The notes under the pieces are model-generated. The model saw nothing but the letters and a program-made list of their open reading frames with translations. It ran no database searches and was not told where the DNA came from. The translations under genes and the position numbers were made by a program. Positions 38,101 to 52,200 of a stretch of DNA of 64,000 bases are shown here, piece by piece. Position 1 is the stretch's first letter. Every line of letters begins with the position of its first letter. The stretch spans positions 11,162,001 to 11,226,000 of the forward strand of contig NC_058383.1 in NCBI RefSeq assembly GCF_018350175.1. The letters are read 5' to 3'. Origin of the DNA: Felis catus. Its lineage: Eukaryota.

Positions 38101-41100
38101 GGGACAGCTTTCACTCCATGCAGGCCCCGGGCAGGGTGCTGTTCGGGCCCAGCCGGTCCCAGAGCCTGAAGCCTCTCAATCAGTTAAGTTCGGCCAGAGG
38201 GTGGGACGGCTGGGGTCCTGGTACCTGGGACAGTCTCCAACGGTCGTGGAGGAGAGAGCGAGCCCAGGATCCGGGAAGGGGGTGTTCCCTGGGTGGAGGG
38301 ACCCAGCTCTGAGGGCTGGGTACACCGGGGATGGCTGAGTGTGGGTCTCACTGCCTGGGCCGCAGGGCCTGGTGGACAGACAGCTGCCTTCACCTGCACG
38401 TCGGGGGGACAGAGGGAGAGCTGGCCATCCAGATAAGCCAATACCCACACAACAGGCGCAAATAAAATCGGGGCTTTCACTCTGCGGGCTGACTTCCGGC
38501 TGGGTGCGCAGGGACTGGGGGTGGGATAGGGTGGGGAAGACTCCAAGGTTCTTGCAGCCCACGGGGTCCTGCAAGCTGGGGGGGGGGAGGTTAAGGTGAA
38601 CGGTGGCAAAGAGCCCCCAACAAGAAGGCGACCAGGCACCTCAGGGCCCACACGCATGGGCCCGCACACTCAGGCACCCCCAGGATGGAAGGGGACGTAA
38701 AGGGGGCACTTTCAACCAGCAGGCTGTCTGAAGGCTCGATGGGCACCAAGACAGTGAGGGCAGGCCCGCGACACCGTGACGCGAGTCTGAACTAGAACCT
38801 CTCTCTGGAGGGGCCGCGTGAGGACCTCCCCCGCACACAGATGCTCTGACCCACGGCTTAGCTTCTAGACCTTTGCCTGCAAACGCAGTCCCAGGCAAGA
38901 TGGGGTCCGTGTCCCGGATGGTATGTTATGGCATTAACTGTCAACAACAACAACAACAAAGAGGGCTGGGAACGAGTGTCCACCAGCGGGGGACAGGTTG
39001 AAGACACGACAGTCACCTGTTCTGTGGCTGATGGCGTAAGAGTTAAAAGGAGGGGCGGGACTTTGGCAGAAATCTCTGCTAAGGGGAGGGTCAGCTGAAA
39101 GACCCAGTGCGGAACGGGGGGCGGTGAGCGTGGCTTAATACCAATTTATGCTACGAAAGCAAAGAAAGACGAGGGAAAATACCACAGACGCAAGTTTACA
39201 TATGTTTATCTCCCCAAGAGTCCCCACGAACCCCGTCGTCGCCGGTGGGGCAGGAGCCACGTGGCTGAAGAACAGGGGAGCGAGGGAGGGAGCTATCGCT
39301 GGGCACCTTTGCGTCTCTTTGGAATGACAAGTTGTGACTTTGTTATGTACCCCAAAATTACAAATGAGAAAACAAAGCAGTGAGGTGAGGAGGCCTTCCT
39401 GCAGGAGGAGGTAGGACCGGGGTGAGTTGCAAAGGCAGGGGCGTAACGTTGGGGTGCGCCGAGAGGGTACGGGAGGGAGGGGCTCAGCGGTTAGGGGCAT
39501 GGCGTCAGGAGCCCGCCGTGTACCTGCACGGTGACCCCGGCAGTCATTTCCCACCTGGAGCCCAGGGACGTCCCGGCCATGACCTGATGCCAGGAGAATG
39601 GATGGGGCTCCCTGCCTCTCCCAGACGGGTGCACCACCTCTTTCCCGTCTGTAACCCTCTGGTCCAGGGGACTCTGACCCTGACCCACCTAACAGGCCAA
39701 ATGACCCATTATCCTAAAGCTGACCCTGGTGCATTCTGCCTTCTCTCCCTGCAGGGCTCCCAGTAGAGCTGCTGGGTGAGTCCGGGCGAACCACAAATGA
39801 GGGAGGTATCCCAAGATCTCCAGACGGCATCTGAGGCTTGAGGTCTGCTGAGACACCTGCTGGGTGTCTGGGCAATGGACGCACACGAACAACGGGTTTC
39901 CCACAATACCCTGGGGGCGGGCAATAGCAGCACCCCCACCTTCCAGAAAAGAAAACAGTGATTTACTTAAGCGAAAGAATTCTCCAGGGGTGCTATGGAC
40001 TGAATGCCCGTGTCTCCCTGCGAGTTCCTACGTTGAAGCCCTGACCCCTCAATGTAGACGGCCCTTTGGGAGATGATCGGGTTTACGTGAGGTCACGAGG
40101 GTGGGACCCCTAGGATGCAATTAGCATCCTCATAAAAGAGAGAAAGATCTCGCTTGCCGAGGAAGGGCCGCGTGAGGACACAGGGAGAAGGCGGCCATCT
40201 GTAAGGCTTCACGGGGACCAGCAGAGGCGGGCACCTTGATCATGGACTTCCAGACCCCAGAAGTGTGAGAAATCAGTCTGTTCTTCCGCCTGCCTGGTCC
40301 GTGGTATTTGTTACTGCAGCCCGAGCAGACGGATACGGGCGGCACAGAGGAGATTCAGACTCACATCTGTCTAGACCCCAGGACAGTCCTCTCCCTCCAG
40401 CCACCCCCTCCCCTGCGCCTCGATTTTCTTCTTATTCTCGCTAACGTGGATTGGTTGCTGCTGTTACTCTGTATGCATTTTTTAGATGTTTATTTATTTT
40501 TGAGAGAGCACAAGCAGGGGAGGGGCAGAGAGAGGGGGACAGAGGATCCAAAGAGGGCTCTGTGCTGACAGGCTGACAGCAGCGAGCCGGATGTAGGGCT
40601 CGAACTCATGAACTGAGAGATCATGGCCTGAGCCACAGTTCGAAATCCTGATTTTGCTAGTGTCTATTTTCCACACCTTATTCTCTCTCACTTCCTTTCC
40701 TACCGGGCCCTGCCCCCAGCCGTCCTCTTCCTTGTCTGCCCTCCCGCCCTGGTAGCTTTCTTTGGCTCTGGGATTAGGCCGACAAATGGATCCCAACCAA
40801 AGAGCCTGGGCAGACCCCCTCAGCTCCCGTGGCCACCCTGTCTTCCCCTCATACCCTCACCCTTGGCCATTCCCTCCAGCCCCCATGCTGCCCCAGCACA
40901 CGATGGGCTGCACCGCCCAGGCCTCCGTGCTTTTGCACATGCTGTTCCTTCCCTGTGCTCGAGCACGTCCTTCTCTCTAGACTACGGTGTGATTAAGGGT
41001 TTACAGAGCTGTCTACCCCCACCTGGCTGTCCCCAACTCCGGGGCTGAGGTCCGAGCCCCCGTGGAACCAGCACTCAGCATAGGCTTGGCATCCAGACCC

Positions 41101-44100
41101 ACTTGTGAGCTGGTGAGGAAGGAGGAAGCCTCAAGGGCCAGGTATAAGGAAGTCACAACAGAAAGGGAGAACCTTCCCCCCTGTGCAGGCCCTGCCTTCC
41201 CCAGCCACCGTCCAAAGGGCCTGATGCCCCTCAGGGTGACAGATGAGCCCTCGGGAGGCTGGAGAACAGGCTTCCCAGAGACATGCTCACCTGAGCTGCT
41301 CCCACAGGGCCCTCCTTTGCGGGAGCAGGGGCGAAGTGTGGAGAAAACCTGCCCTCACAGGGACAGACGGCTCTTTGTGGGGCGGGGGTGGGGGTGATGC
41401 GAGAACCTTTACTCTATGGGAGGATTCAGGGGTCCCGGCTTTTGGGAACAAGCACTCCTTGGGGCGTTAACACAGGGTGTTTTCCCAATGCTTTGACTTT
41501 TCTGGGACATTCTAGCAGCACAAATGCAAAGCAGGCCCACGGCACAGGGGGACACGTGGGATCTTACAAATGCCACCGCCTCCAGGTCCTGTGACCCTGA
41601 CCGCGCTGGGCTCCGGACCAGGCACCCACTGAGCCCTTGATCTGTGTGACCGCGCTAACCCTGCGAACAGCCCTGTGATGCGGACGCTAGCACCTTCTCT
41701 GTTTTCCAGGGGAACCTGACTACAGGCGGTTAAACCAGGCTAATTTGGACTGAAGGGCTGGGGGAGGGAAATGGCCAGAGGGAAGCTGAGGGGGGGTGGG
41801 GGGGGAAGATCACTCTGAATAGAGCTACTCTGAAGAGTATTTAGAAAGAACAGATAAAAAAAGAAACGTGGCTTCACTGCCTTCAAGCGCGGGTCCTCCT
41901 GACATCTGGGCCACCCACCGGGGGCCTGCGGAGGCCTGGCTCTGGGAGCTGATACGGCAGCCTGTCATTTACAGGTGACTCCTGCAACCCCTCTGGTCCC
42001 CTCGCTCCCATCTGTGACATTCTGGGTGGGCAACCTGTCCCCAAAGGATTGCTGAGCTGGGGGGGGCGGGGAGGGCATCCAGCCGTGGTGGGTGCAAACG
42101 AGTTCTCCCAGACAGTTCACCATGGAGCCCTCCCCCCACCTCAGAGCTGCACCTGCCTGGGGCCGAGCCCTGGGACAGGGAGACAAGAATCAGGGACAGG
42201 TCCCAGCTCCTGGATGGGGGGGCCGGGGCCATCTCCCGTCCCTCAGTGCCCTGACCCAGTCTCACCCCTGAGGCGGTTAAGGGAGGCAAGAGTCCAAGGA
42301 GCCTTCTGAAACCTTCCCCCGCCCCACAGCTCCATGGCAGTGTTCCAGATCCTCCTGCAGGCTCCAAATTCTGACCCTTGAGAAGAACGGGAGTCAGTGG
42401 GGCTCCTCCCTGCTGTCACGGCTCACACAGCCAGGGTGACAGCTCTGTACCCATCCCGAGGCCTCTGACGCCACGTTTAGACTCGCCCACAAACCACGCA
42501 GTGTGGACACGCAGGACTCTGTCTGCATCCTGAAGACGACGGAGAGGGGTCAAGGCCGTGCAGGGACCCCCGGGGGGATGGGCACGGGAAAGTCCCTATG
42601 CTCAAGGCCACCTGTGATTGCAAACACAGCCCCTGCCCTTGTCAGGCTGGGCCTTTTGTGACGCTTGCCCTCACCTGGGCGGAATCTCCCCAGGCTGCCT
42701 TGTGCCACCAGCTGACCCGTGTTCTAGACGAGGACCCCAGGGCAGGGCCGGGGCCCGGGACTCAGGTGGCAGGGCCACACTCGGCCCCAGAGCAGGCGAC
42801 ACATGTGCGGGAAGGGATCAGATTTCAGTGCAGCTGCCCCCTTCAGGGTCCTCAATAAACATCCGCTGAATTCTCACAGATAACCAGCTCGCCACGCACT
42901 GGGCGCCTGAGCCCTCGACCTAAAATTTCGTCGCCACAACCCAAAGAGGTTGATTACCATGCTGCCCATTTTAAAGGTGAGGCCACTGAGCCCCGGGGGG
43001 CGGCTCCCGACAACCTGCCTGCGGTCACACCGCTGATCAAGCGACAGACCCAGGAGTGAAAACCCGTTTTCTTGACCGTGGCAGGCACGTCCCAGAGAAG
43101 CGGCCACTCGAGTAAGATCTTCCGTGCGGAGTTAGGAGCGGGCATGAGCGAAGCGGGGCCCAGGCGGGGAAGGGCTGGGAGCAGGGGAGCCCGCCCGAAC
43201 CCCGATCTGCTACGTGTCTGCTGTGTGACCTGGGGCGGGCCCCTCTCCTGCCCACGGAGCCGTGGCGGGGGTGAATGGCGCAAAGCCCCGGTACATAGTA
43301 GGCGCTTCAGAAAGATCGCGGAAGTTAAGCTTTGTCTGCTGTAAATTCCCCAGATCGGTCACCGCATTGGTGACTTTTGAGCTCTGAAGGAAAAACACTG
43401 AACTTTGAGAACAAATTTCCACCCGCCGCCTCTGCTGCTCAGGAAAGGGAGTCAACCATGGGGTGGGGAAGGGATCTAAAGGAAGGCTGAGGCCCTGACA
43501 GTGGAGGGGAAAGTCCAGGGGAGCGTCCAGGAGGCCCGGCCTGGTTTCAGGGGAGAGCCAGCCTTTGAGGGAAAATTAACCCTACCTTGAAAATCAGCAC
43601 CTGGTTACAGCCCAGGGCTCGGCCAGTGCAGAGGGAGGGCTGACCTCACTCGCCCTCCCTCCTTGGCTCCCTCCCTCCCTGCTCATCTCCTGGCAGCCCC
43701 CAGCTCAGATCAGGTGGCTACAGCCTAGGCCGGTCAGAGAGGGGGCCGCTCTCCTCCACGGACACCTCACCGGGGCCCTCCCCCCAGGTGTGGCCACCCC
43801 AGGGCCGATGTACCCTCCAGAAGCTCACCCCTCCAGCAAACACCTGTTCAAGACCGGTGACAACCAGAGCAGTCTCTGAGGGCCCCAGGAGGCACCAGAA
43901 CCCATATAGGACACGTCCTCACCTCCACTCAAGGGTGTGACCATGCGGGTGACCCCAACTTCCCGCCAGCTCGGGACCAGAAGGACTGTGGGACGGGCTG
44001 GCCGCAGGCTAGGCGTTTACGCAGGCTATCATTTCCCCAGAATCCTGTTTGCCCACAAAGCAACAGAGTGGCTCTGAGGTTCGGCAGCCCCGGCTGTTGT

Positions 44101-46172
44101 CACCCAGTAAGGGCCTCCAGGCTCCTCCCCACACTGAGCTCATGTGGTAGTCGGTGACTCCACAGCCAGCGGCCCCAGGTTCCAATCCCCACACGTCAGG
44201 TATGTTACAAGGTACAGCTGGTGCGGAAAACAGCCCTCAAAATGTTCAGTGCACAGGGGCGCCTGGGGGGGGCTCGGTCGGTTGAGCACCCGGCTCCTGA
44301 TCTGGGCTCAGGTCACGATCTCACTGTTGGTGGGTTTGAGCCCCGCCTCGGGCTCTGTGCTGGCAGTGTGGAGCCTGCTTGGGACTCTCTCTCCCTCTCT
44401 GCCCCTCCCCTGCTCTCTGTCTCTCAAAATAAGGAAAGAAACTCTAGAGAAATCGTGTCCAAAAAAGTCAAGCGCAGAGTCACCGTGCGATGGCGTATGA
44501 TGTCTACGCCCATTCCCAGGTACACAAACACCCAAGAGCGACGGAAACACAGGTCGACGCCAACAAGTGCACACAGGTGTCCACAGCAGTGTTAGTCATG
44601 ACGGCCAAACCATGCCATTCCACATGGCCATCCGTGGGCGAATAAACAAAAGGCGGCACGGCCATACAGTGGAGTATTATTCAGTTGTGAAAAGGAACGG
44701 CGTTCCGACACAAGCCACAGCGTGAAGGAGCCTTGAAAACAGAACGCCAAGTCAAGGAAGCCGGTCGCAAAGAACCATGTGGTGCGACTGCCTTGAAAAG
44801 AAATGTCCGGAAGAGGCAAATGCACAGAGACAGACGGAGGGTAGACGGGTGTTGCCGGGGGCTGGGGAAGGGTGGGGGGAGGGCGGGCGCTGCTTAACGG
44901 GTGTGGTTTCTTGCGGGTGACGAGAATGTGCTGGAATTAGACAGGCGTGATGGTGGCACAACTCCGTGAGCACAGTGGATGCCGCCAAGTTGTAAACTCG
45001 AAGACAGGGAACTGCATGGTATGCGAATTAGATCTCAGTAAAGCGGTTATTAAAAAAAACCCAAAAAACCCTACTCTGAGGCGCCTGAGCGGCTCAGTCG
45101 GTTGAGCGTCCGACCTCGGCTCAGGTCACCATCTCACGGTTCGTGAGTTCGAGCCCCGCGTCGGGCTCCCTGCTGTCAGCACAGAGTCCGCTGCGGATCC
45201 TCTCTGCCCCTCCCCTGCTCGTCTCTCTCTCTCTCTCTCTTTCACAATAAATAAACTTTGAAAAACAAAATAAAACACCCCCTACTCTTCCCTTATGGGC
45301 CTCTGTGATCTGGGGCAAGGAACTGATCCATGCGATGCCTCAGTTTCCTCCTCTGGGAAACGGGGCCAGTGGCCGTACCTACGTGATAAGGGCCACGGTG
45401 AGGACCAAGTGAGCTAACAGAGAACACGTTCTGAGCAGCTGTCTTGCCGGATGTCAGCTCCTTCCCTCGGCCTGAATCCGCCATCCAGCCCTTCGGCTTC
45501 CACATGCTCTCCAGGCTCCTGGGGCTTTTTTTCTCTGTTCATAAAATTTTTGCAAAGCATACGTGATGTAAAACTCACCACCTGAACCGTTTCTAAGTGC
45601 GCAGGTCGGGAGCGTTATGTGCATCGCGTCGCTGTGCGACATCTCCCCGGAACTCTCTCTATTTTGCAAAACAGAAACTCAGCACGCGCTCAACGACAAC
45701 CTGCCCAGCCGATCCCCCCCTCCCCCCAGGCCCTGGCGGCCGTCGTTCTACTGTCTGTGTCTACACATCCGGCCGCTCTAAGTACGTCACGCGAGTGGCA
45801 TCGGGTGGTACTCTGTATGTCCTTTTGTGAATGGCTTATTCCACTTGGCGTAACGCCCTCCGGGTTCATCCACGGTGTAGCAAGTGTCAGAACCTCCTTC
45901 CTTTTTAAGGCTGACGGGTATTCCGTTGAACGTATGCACCACACGTGACCCGTGGACGGACACAAAGCTGCTTTTGCCTCTGGGCTATATTATGAATACT
46001 GCAGCCCATAAACATGGGTTTAAGCATAGATCTTAAGCATAGAGCTCAGAGGTCGGAGTATGTCCAATATATTGCATTTAAGGCAAGGATGATGTAAGGC
46101 ATCTAGAGGTGAGTTTCCCCTTGTAAGTTCTTTATTTATTTTGAGAGAGACAGTGAGAGCAGGTAGGGGAGG

Positions 46173-46208
<36 letters not shown>

Positions 46209-49198
46209 GGAGCAGGCTCCACACCATCAGCGCACAGCCCTAGGCGGGTCTCAAACCCACAAATCGCAAGATGGTGACCTGAGCCGAAATCAAGAGCCGG
46301 ACGCGCGAACAACTGAGCCATCCAGGCGCCCCTCCCCTTAAACGTTTTCATCGAACGCACTCACAACAAACTGTGCACGGTCAGCTGCCATACATCTTGG
46401 TGGGCCTGTCTGGTTGCTGGACGATCAGAATGGGCCCCAAGCACTGGCGGGACCGGGCGGGTCCATCCGGGGCTGGTTCCTTGTACCCCCAGAGGTCGTC
46501 ATAAGAAAAAACCCCGCAGGCTCTGGGCAGAAATGAATCAGTGCCATAGAGCGCTGGTCCTAAGGCCTGGATGTGCACCTGGAGTGAGACAGAGGGGATC
46601 AGTCCTCCTAGTCTGTACCCCGAGGTGCCAGTGATCCCAGGACACCACTCACCCAGCCTCAGGGTGGCTTCCTGGAGGAGGTGAGGCAGGAGCCAACCCC
46701 CGGGGTCATCCGTGTTCAGTCTGAGGACCGGTGAGGGCTGTCGGGCTGGACTAAAGCTGTAGTGACCACACATTCTGGTTTGCCCTGTTGTCCAGGGTAA
46801 TTATTTTTAGTGCGCCCTGTCATTCTCCAAAGTGTCCCCGTGCGGGTGATAAATTGCAGTCACTGTGTGAGTTACTTGTTGCGTAACAAATTACCCAAAA
46901 ACTCAGTGGCCTGAAAGTACGTCCAACTTCTATGTCTCTCGCAGGTCCTAGGGGTTAGGAAAGTGGGCACTTGCGGAGGAGGACCTCTTAGGAGGCTGCA
47001 GTCAAGTGCTGGCCAAGGCTGTGCTCACTGGAAGGCTTGCCTGGGGCGGCAGGGTCTGTTTCCAAGGTGCCTGGCTGTCGGTGGGAGGCCTCAGTCCCCC
47101 CTCCACGGGGCTCCTTCGCTGTCCTTGCAACATGGCAGATGCCCCCACGGAGCAAGGGACCCGAGGGAGACGGGGAGACAGAGACTCGGGCAGGCAGAAG
47201 CTATCCGTTTACGTCCGAGGCTCGGAGGCTTACACCGTCATTTCTGCCACCTTCTGCTTGTTCGAAGAAAGTCATTAATCCAGGCCCCGCTTCAATGAAG
47301 GGGAGCCCTGGCTTCAGAAGGGAAAAGCGTCGAAGAATTTCGGATGTTTAACAACTACCGCTTCTAAAATAGGGCATGTGTGCTGCAGAGACGGGACAGA
47401 GCCAGACGGGACAGAGGAAATCAGACTGAGCATTCACGATGCCAGGGGAGAGGCAGGGGATGGTCTGAGAAGGGCTTTTGAGCAAAGCAGAGTGAACCGT
47501 GACATCTGCCCCAGCACCAGACTCCAGTGGGGCCACACGGCCTCCGCTCAGCCCCTACCTGACCCACTGCCCCCTTCCTCTGGGTTTCTCACCCTTGATC
47601 TCGGGTGGAGAATGCACCTTTTCTCCCCACTGGACAGAAGCTCCGTTTGTGTTTCCCGCTGGGCCCTGCACACAGCAGGTGCACGCTGCCGGGTTTCTGC
47701 ACGAACGAAACGCCCATGTGCACCAAGCACAAGTTGTCGTCCCACCGACCACAAGTCACAGCCTGCACTCTGCACGCACCTCCCCTTCCAGGCTCCAGGC
47801 CTTTGCTCGTGCTGTGTCCCCTGCCCGGAGTGCTCTGGCTGTGCTCGCCACTTGCACAGCCCCGGAGGCGGAGGGGCCCAGGGGAAAGCCGTCTGGCTAA
47901 ATCAGGGGAGAGATGAGAAGGACGGGCCATGGCGGGAGCAGTGGGCACGGGCCAGGACAGGTAGACCACGCCAAACAGCTGGATGTGGGGCAGGCCAAGG
48001 ACAATGCTGTGCCTTCCATACCTGGCGCCCAGCAGCTGGGGCCACCCCGTGCTCTCCACGCATACCCTCCCGACCCACCGGTGCCCACCCCCTCCAGCTG
48101 CCTGTCTTCCCTCATCCTCCACCCCTCCACCCCCTGCCGTCCTCCCATTCTGCCCCGGCTCGGCTCAAATGGTGCCGTCTCCTCCAGGAAGCTTTACCCG
48201 CTTGCAGCTCTGGGGTCCTATAGCATTTTGGCTGCCCCTTGCCGAGGCTAAGCGACCTAGGTCCTCAGGCAGGTGCCTGGAGAGCAGTGACAGAATCTCC
48301 CCTTGCCAGAATCAGAGTGTATGCGTGTGCCGAGCCGTAAAAAGTCTCCTAGCCCTGGGCTTTTCCACCTCCGCCCTGGCACTCGCCAGCTTAACCAGGG
48401 CATTTTCTCTCAGCTAACGCTTATCGGAGCTTATAGTGGACCAGACTCCGCTGAAGCGCTTGTCATGTCTTGTTAAGTCCTCACGGCGGCCTAGACAGTA
48501 GGCGTGATCATGATCCCCGTTAGAGAGGTAAGAAACTGACAGCACAGAGACGTCAAGCAGCTTTGCCCAAGGTCACACAGCCAGGAGGCAGCAGTGCTGG
48601 GATGCCACCCGAGGTGCCCGGTCCCAGGCCCGGACACCGCTGCTCGCCCACCTTTCCCTAAGCTGCAAGCAAGTGGTGGCCTCAGCCCAAGGCACTCAGG
48701 AAAACGATGAGGGCTTTGGATGGACTTTTTGCAATTGTGAGCTTTTCTCTTAGAGATGCCTCCTTTTATCTATTTATCTATCTACTTATCTAACTATATG
48801 CCTATATGCCTGCCTATCTATCCATCTATCCATCTATCCACCTATCCATCTATCTATCTATATGCCGCAATGCCACGACTGTGAGATCACGACCTGAGCC
48901 GATATTAGGAGTCAGATGCTCATCGACTGAGCCACCCAGGCACCCCTCCTAGAAATGCCTCTTAAATCTTCAGCACTCACTATGGCTTGTCAGCAAGATT
49001 TCCCACAGGCAGCAACACGAATGGGCGCGCACAGGTCAGAACGCACCCGACACCTGCAGCCTGTGGGTCTGGCCCAGGTGGGCGGTGTGGGTTTTTGTGG
49101 GCACCTGCTTACCACATACTCACCTGGGCGCTTTTTCTGCCAGTCGAATGAGATGCACTTCCTTGGGTGGAATTTAAAGATAAGAGCATTTTATGGGC

Positions 49199-49229
<31 letters not shown>

Positions 49230-52200
49230 GGTGGAGGGGGTCTTACAGCTTCCTGCCACCTGAATGCATCTCAGGATGATGACCTTGCCCCTGTCCTCCC
49301 TCTGCTGCTATGACCTCTCAGCGGCACCTCTGCTAAGTGGCCCCTGGGGACGGGGCATCCAAGCCGGCGGGCCCTTAGGCCTGGCTGCCTGGTCATCAGG
49401 ACAGCTTTTACCGCCTTACTTCTTGGGTTCAAATCCCAGCCCTGCCCCTTCTGTGTGTTCCTTGCTTTCCTCATCTGTAGAATGGGAATATTCCGACTCC
49501 GACTTGGAGCGGTCACAGTTTTCGCTATATACTCATCAGTGGACCCCAGCTCTGCCTTATAGGGTCGCGGAGAGCAAATCTGAGTCCTACAGGACACTGG
49601 TGGGCTTCCACCTCCCCCTGGCCCTGAGCCCCCAGGCGGCGGGGCCCTCCTGCAGTGATGGATCCTGATTGGTCTGCGATGGTCTCATCCCCTGCGCAGT
49701 GACTGGTGCAGGCCTGTTCATGTGACCCAGTTCTGCTCCAGGAGTCGGTGCAGGAGCAGAGCGGGCTGGGGAGTGTTCCTGGAGAGGTTTCTCAGAGACA
49801 TTCTGGAGGCAAGGGGCCTTTCCCTCCCTTCGGTTTCCTCCTGAGCTGCCAATAAAGCTTGCAGCTGCCCCGGCCATTCCAGAGGGAGCCACACCGTCAT
49901 GCCAAGGATGGCCAAAGACAAAGACGGGGAGACCTGGGTCCTTGAGGACATCATCAAGCCCTTAAGTTATTAACCTTAGAGCAGCCCTGACTCCCAACCT
50001 CTTATCACACACACTTCTTATTTAGGCCAGAGAAGTCAAGGCTTTTTTGTTATCTGCAGCCCAAAGCAGCCTGCTGATATCTCGCGGCTGGGACCTTCTT
50101 GAGATCAAGCCCATCGTCGCGAAGGAAGGGTCTGAGCTCGGCTTGTGCACTCAGGGAAGACTTCTTGGAGGAGGTGAGGTGAAAATGGAATCTAAAAAGA
50201 ATGAGCCGGCGGAGGAAGGGGGAAGGGTAAAGAATAACATCCCGGGCAGACAGAACAAAGGTCTGAGGCTTTGGGCCATAGGGCGTGTGTGCGTGCACAC
50301 GCGCGTGCACGCAGGAGAAATAATCTCTGTGGCTGAGGCCGGGACAGGTGAGGCTGGGGAGGGGCGGGCAGGGCTGCAGTGAGCCCTCAGCCGGGCTGCA
50401 GAGCCCCAGGTTACCCCGAAGGCAGAGAAGTTCCGTGGATGGCCTTGATTTTATTCACTCAGGGTCTCGCCCTCCCGCGCGGTGCCGTGGGCGGGATCCA
50501 GCCATACCCAGATGCTGCCCTACACCTCGGCAGGGGGCAGGGGGCGCTGGGTCTCGCTTCTCCAGGTGCCTCTTCCAGCCCCCAGGGCACTCCGACGGGA
50601 CTGGCTGAAATCTGGGTCACTCTGTGCAGGAGTCGGACATCCATCAAACAGGCAGCTACTAAGTGCCTACAAAGCAGTGTGCTGAGCACAGCGGAGAAAG
50701 GACCCGGTTCAAATCCCAATTCTGTCTCTTCCCAGCTGTGTGACCTTGAGCAAGCCGCCTTCCTTCTCCAAACCCGGCATCTGTACCTCTTGGTAAGGGA
50801 GGGTGAAGTCAAAGGTTTGCTCCAGTATCTCTGGTACTGGGTGGGGGTGGAGGGAAGTAGTGAGTAAACCGACTCTCAAAAAACTTCCTGAGGGTAAGGC
50901 TGGCGTCTGGGTGGGAGAGAAAGAAGCCAACAATACGCTGTGCAGGACAGGACGACGGCTGAACAGGGAGGGAGCACCTGAACGGGGCGGTGTGGAAGTG
51001 CCAAGTGGAGGTGGCAGGTGACCAGCGGCGAGCCGAGCCGAGCGGTGAGCATTCCTGGGAGAGAAAAGGCCCACAGGGGCAGGGCGGAAGGGACACAGGA
51101 AGCCTAGGGCTTGGGCTCTGTGCTCCTAAAGGCTCTGGAACAGCGTGCGGCCCACAGGAGAGCTGGACCTAACTGTTGAACCTGGAAGAGCAAGTCTCTG
51201 GGCTTCAGCCAGAAAGCTGCGGCTTCGAATCCTGCCTCTGCCACTTCACCCGCGTGACCTTGAGCAAGCCACCTGACCTCTGAGCCTCAGACTCCTTCTT
51301 TGCAGAGGAGGTGTAAAAACCCAATTCGCGGAGCGGTGGACCGGCGTGTGCAGGAACTTGGGACTAGGATCCCCTTCCCGCCTGGCTAACTCCTATTTGA
51401 AAGCCCTAAGGTCCCATGTCGCCTCCTGCAGGGAGCCTCCCAGGCTTCCCTCAGGCCTGTCTGCTACCCCACCTGACCCCCTTCCCTGACTCCACCTTGC
51501 TCTATTGTAACTGTGTCTTCCTTCTCTCCCATCAGGCTCTGGGCTCGGAAGAGGGAGGGGCAGGGTATCTCGGCATCTCTTAGATCCAGCGGCACCCCCA
51601 CCCAGAGTGGGGTCCCTGCCAATGCGACGTCTTTCCCCAACCCTCCACCCAGGTGGAAAGTAGAGGGAAAAAGTGATTAAGTCTGCTGGGGATAAAGAGA
51701 AGTGGGGGCGGGGGATGTCAGGAAAGGCTCAGGGTGGTATCACTACCTCTTGAGGGGTGAACAGAAGTTTACTGGCAGAGGGGCATGTTTCCGGGCAGAA
51801 TCGGAACTACGAAAGCACAGAGGTGTGAAGGGAAGGAAAAGGAAACTGTGGGTGACCAGAGTATTGGCCAGAATGGGTAAAGATCGAGGATTCTGGATCT
51901 AGATCCCAAAGGCCATGCCAAGGATATGACCCTACAGGAAGCGGTGGAGAATCTGTTAACAGAGACGCTGGGGGAGGGGGGGTGTACGCGTCTATACTGC
52001 ACTAGTGTGGGCTAAAGTTAGGTTGGGGGAGGGGTGGGGCAAATGACAGGGCTCTGGGCCACCACTTGGGGGCAGGGGCTGGTGGAAGAATCAAAAAGGA
52101 GCAAAAGTTTGCCCTGGAGGCCTTTTTATTGAAAATAGCTTCGATCACACATCCACACCCAACACCCCTTCTACTTGCTAAAAAGCCAATGGCCACAATC

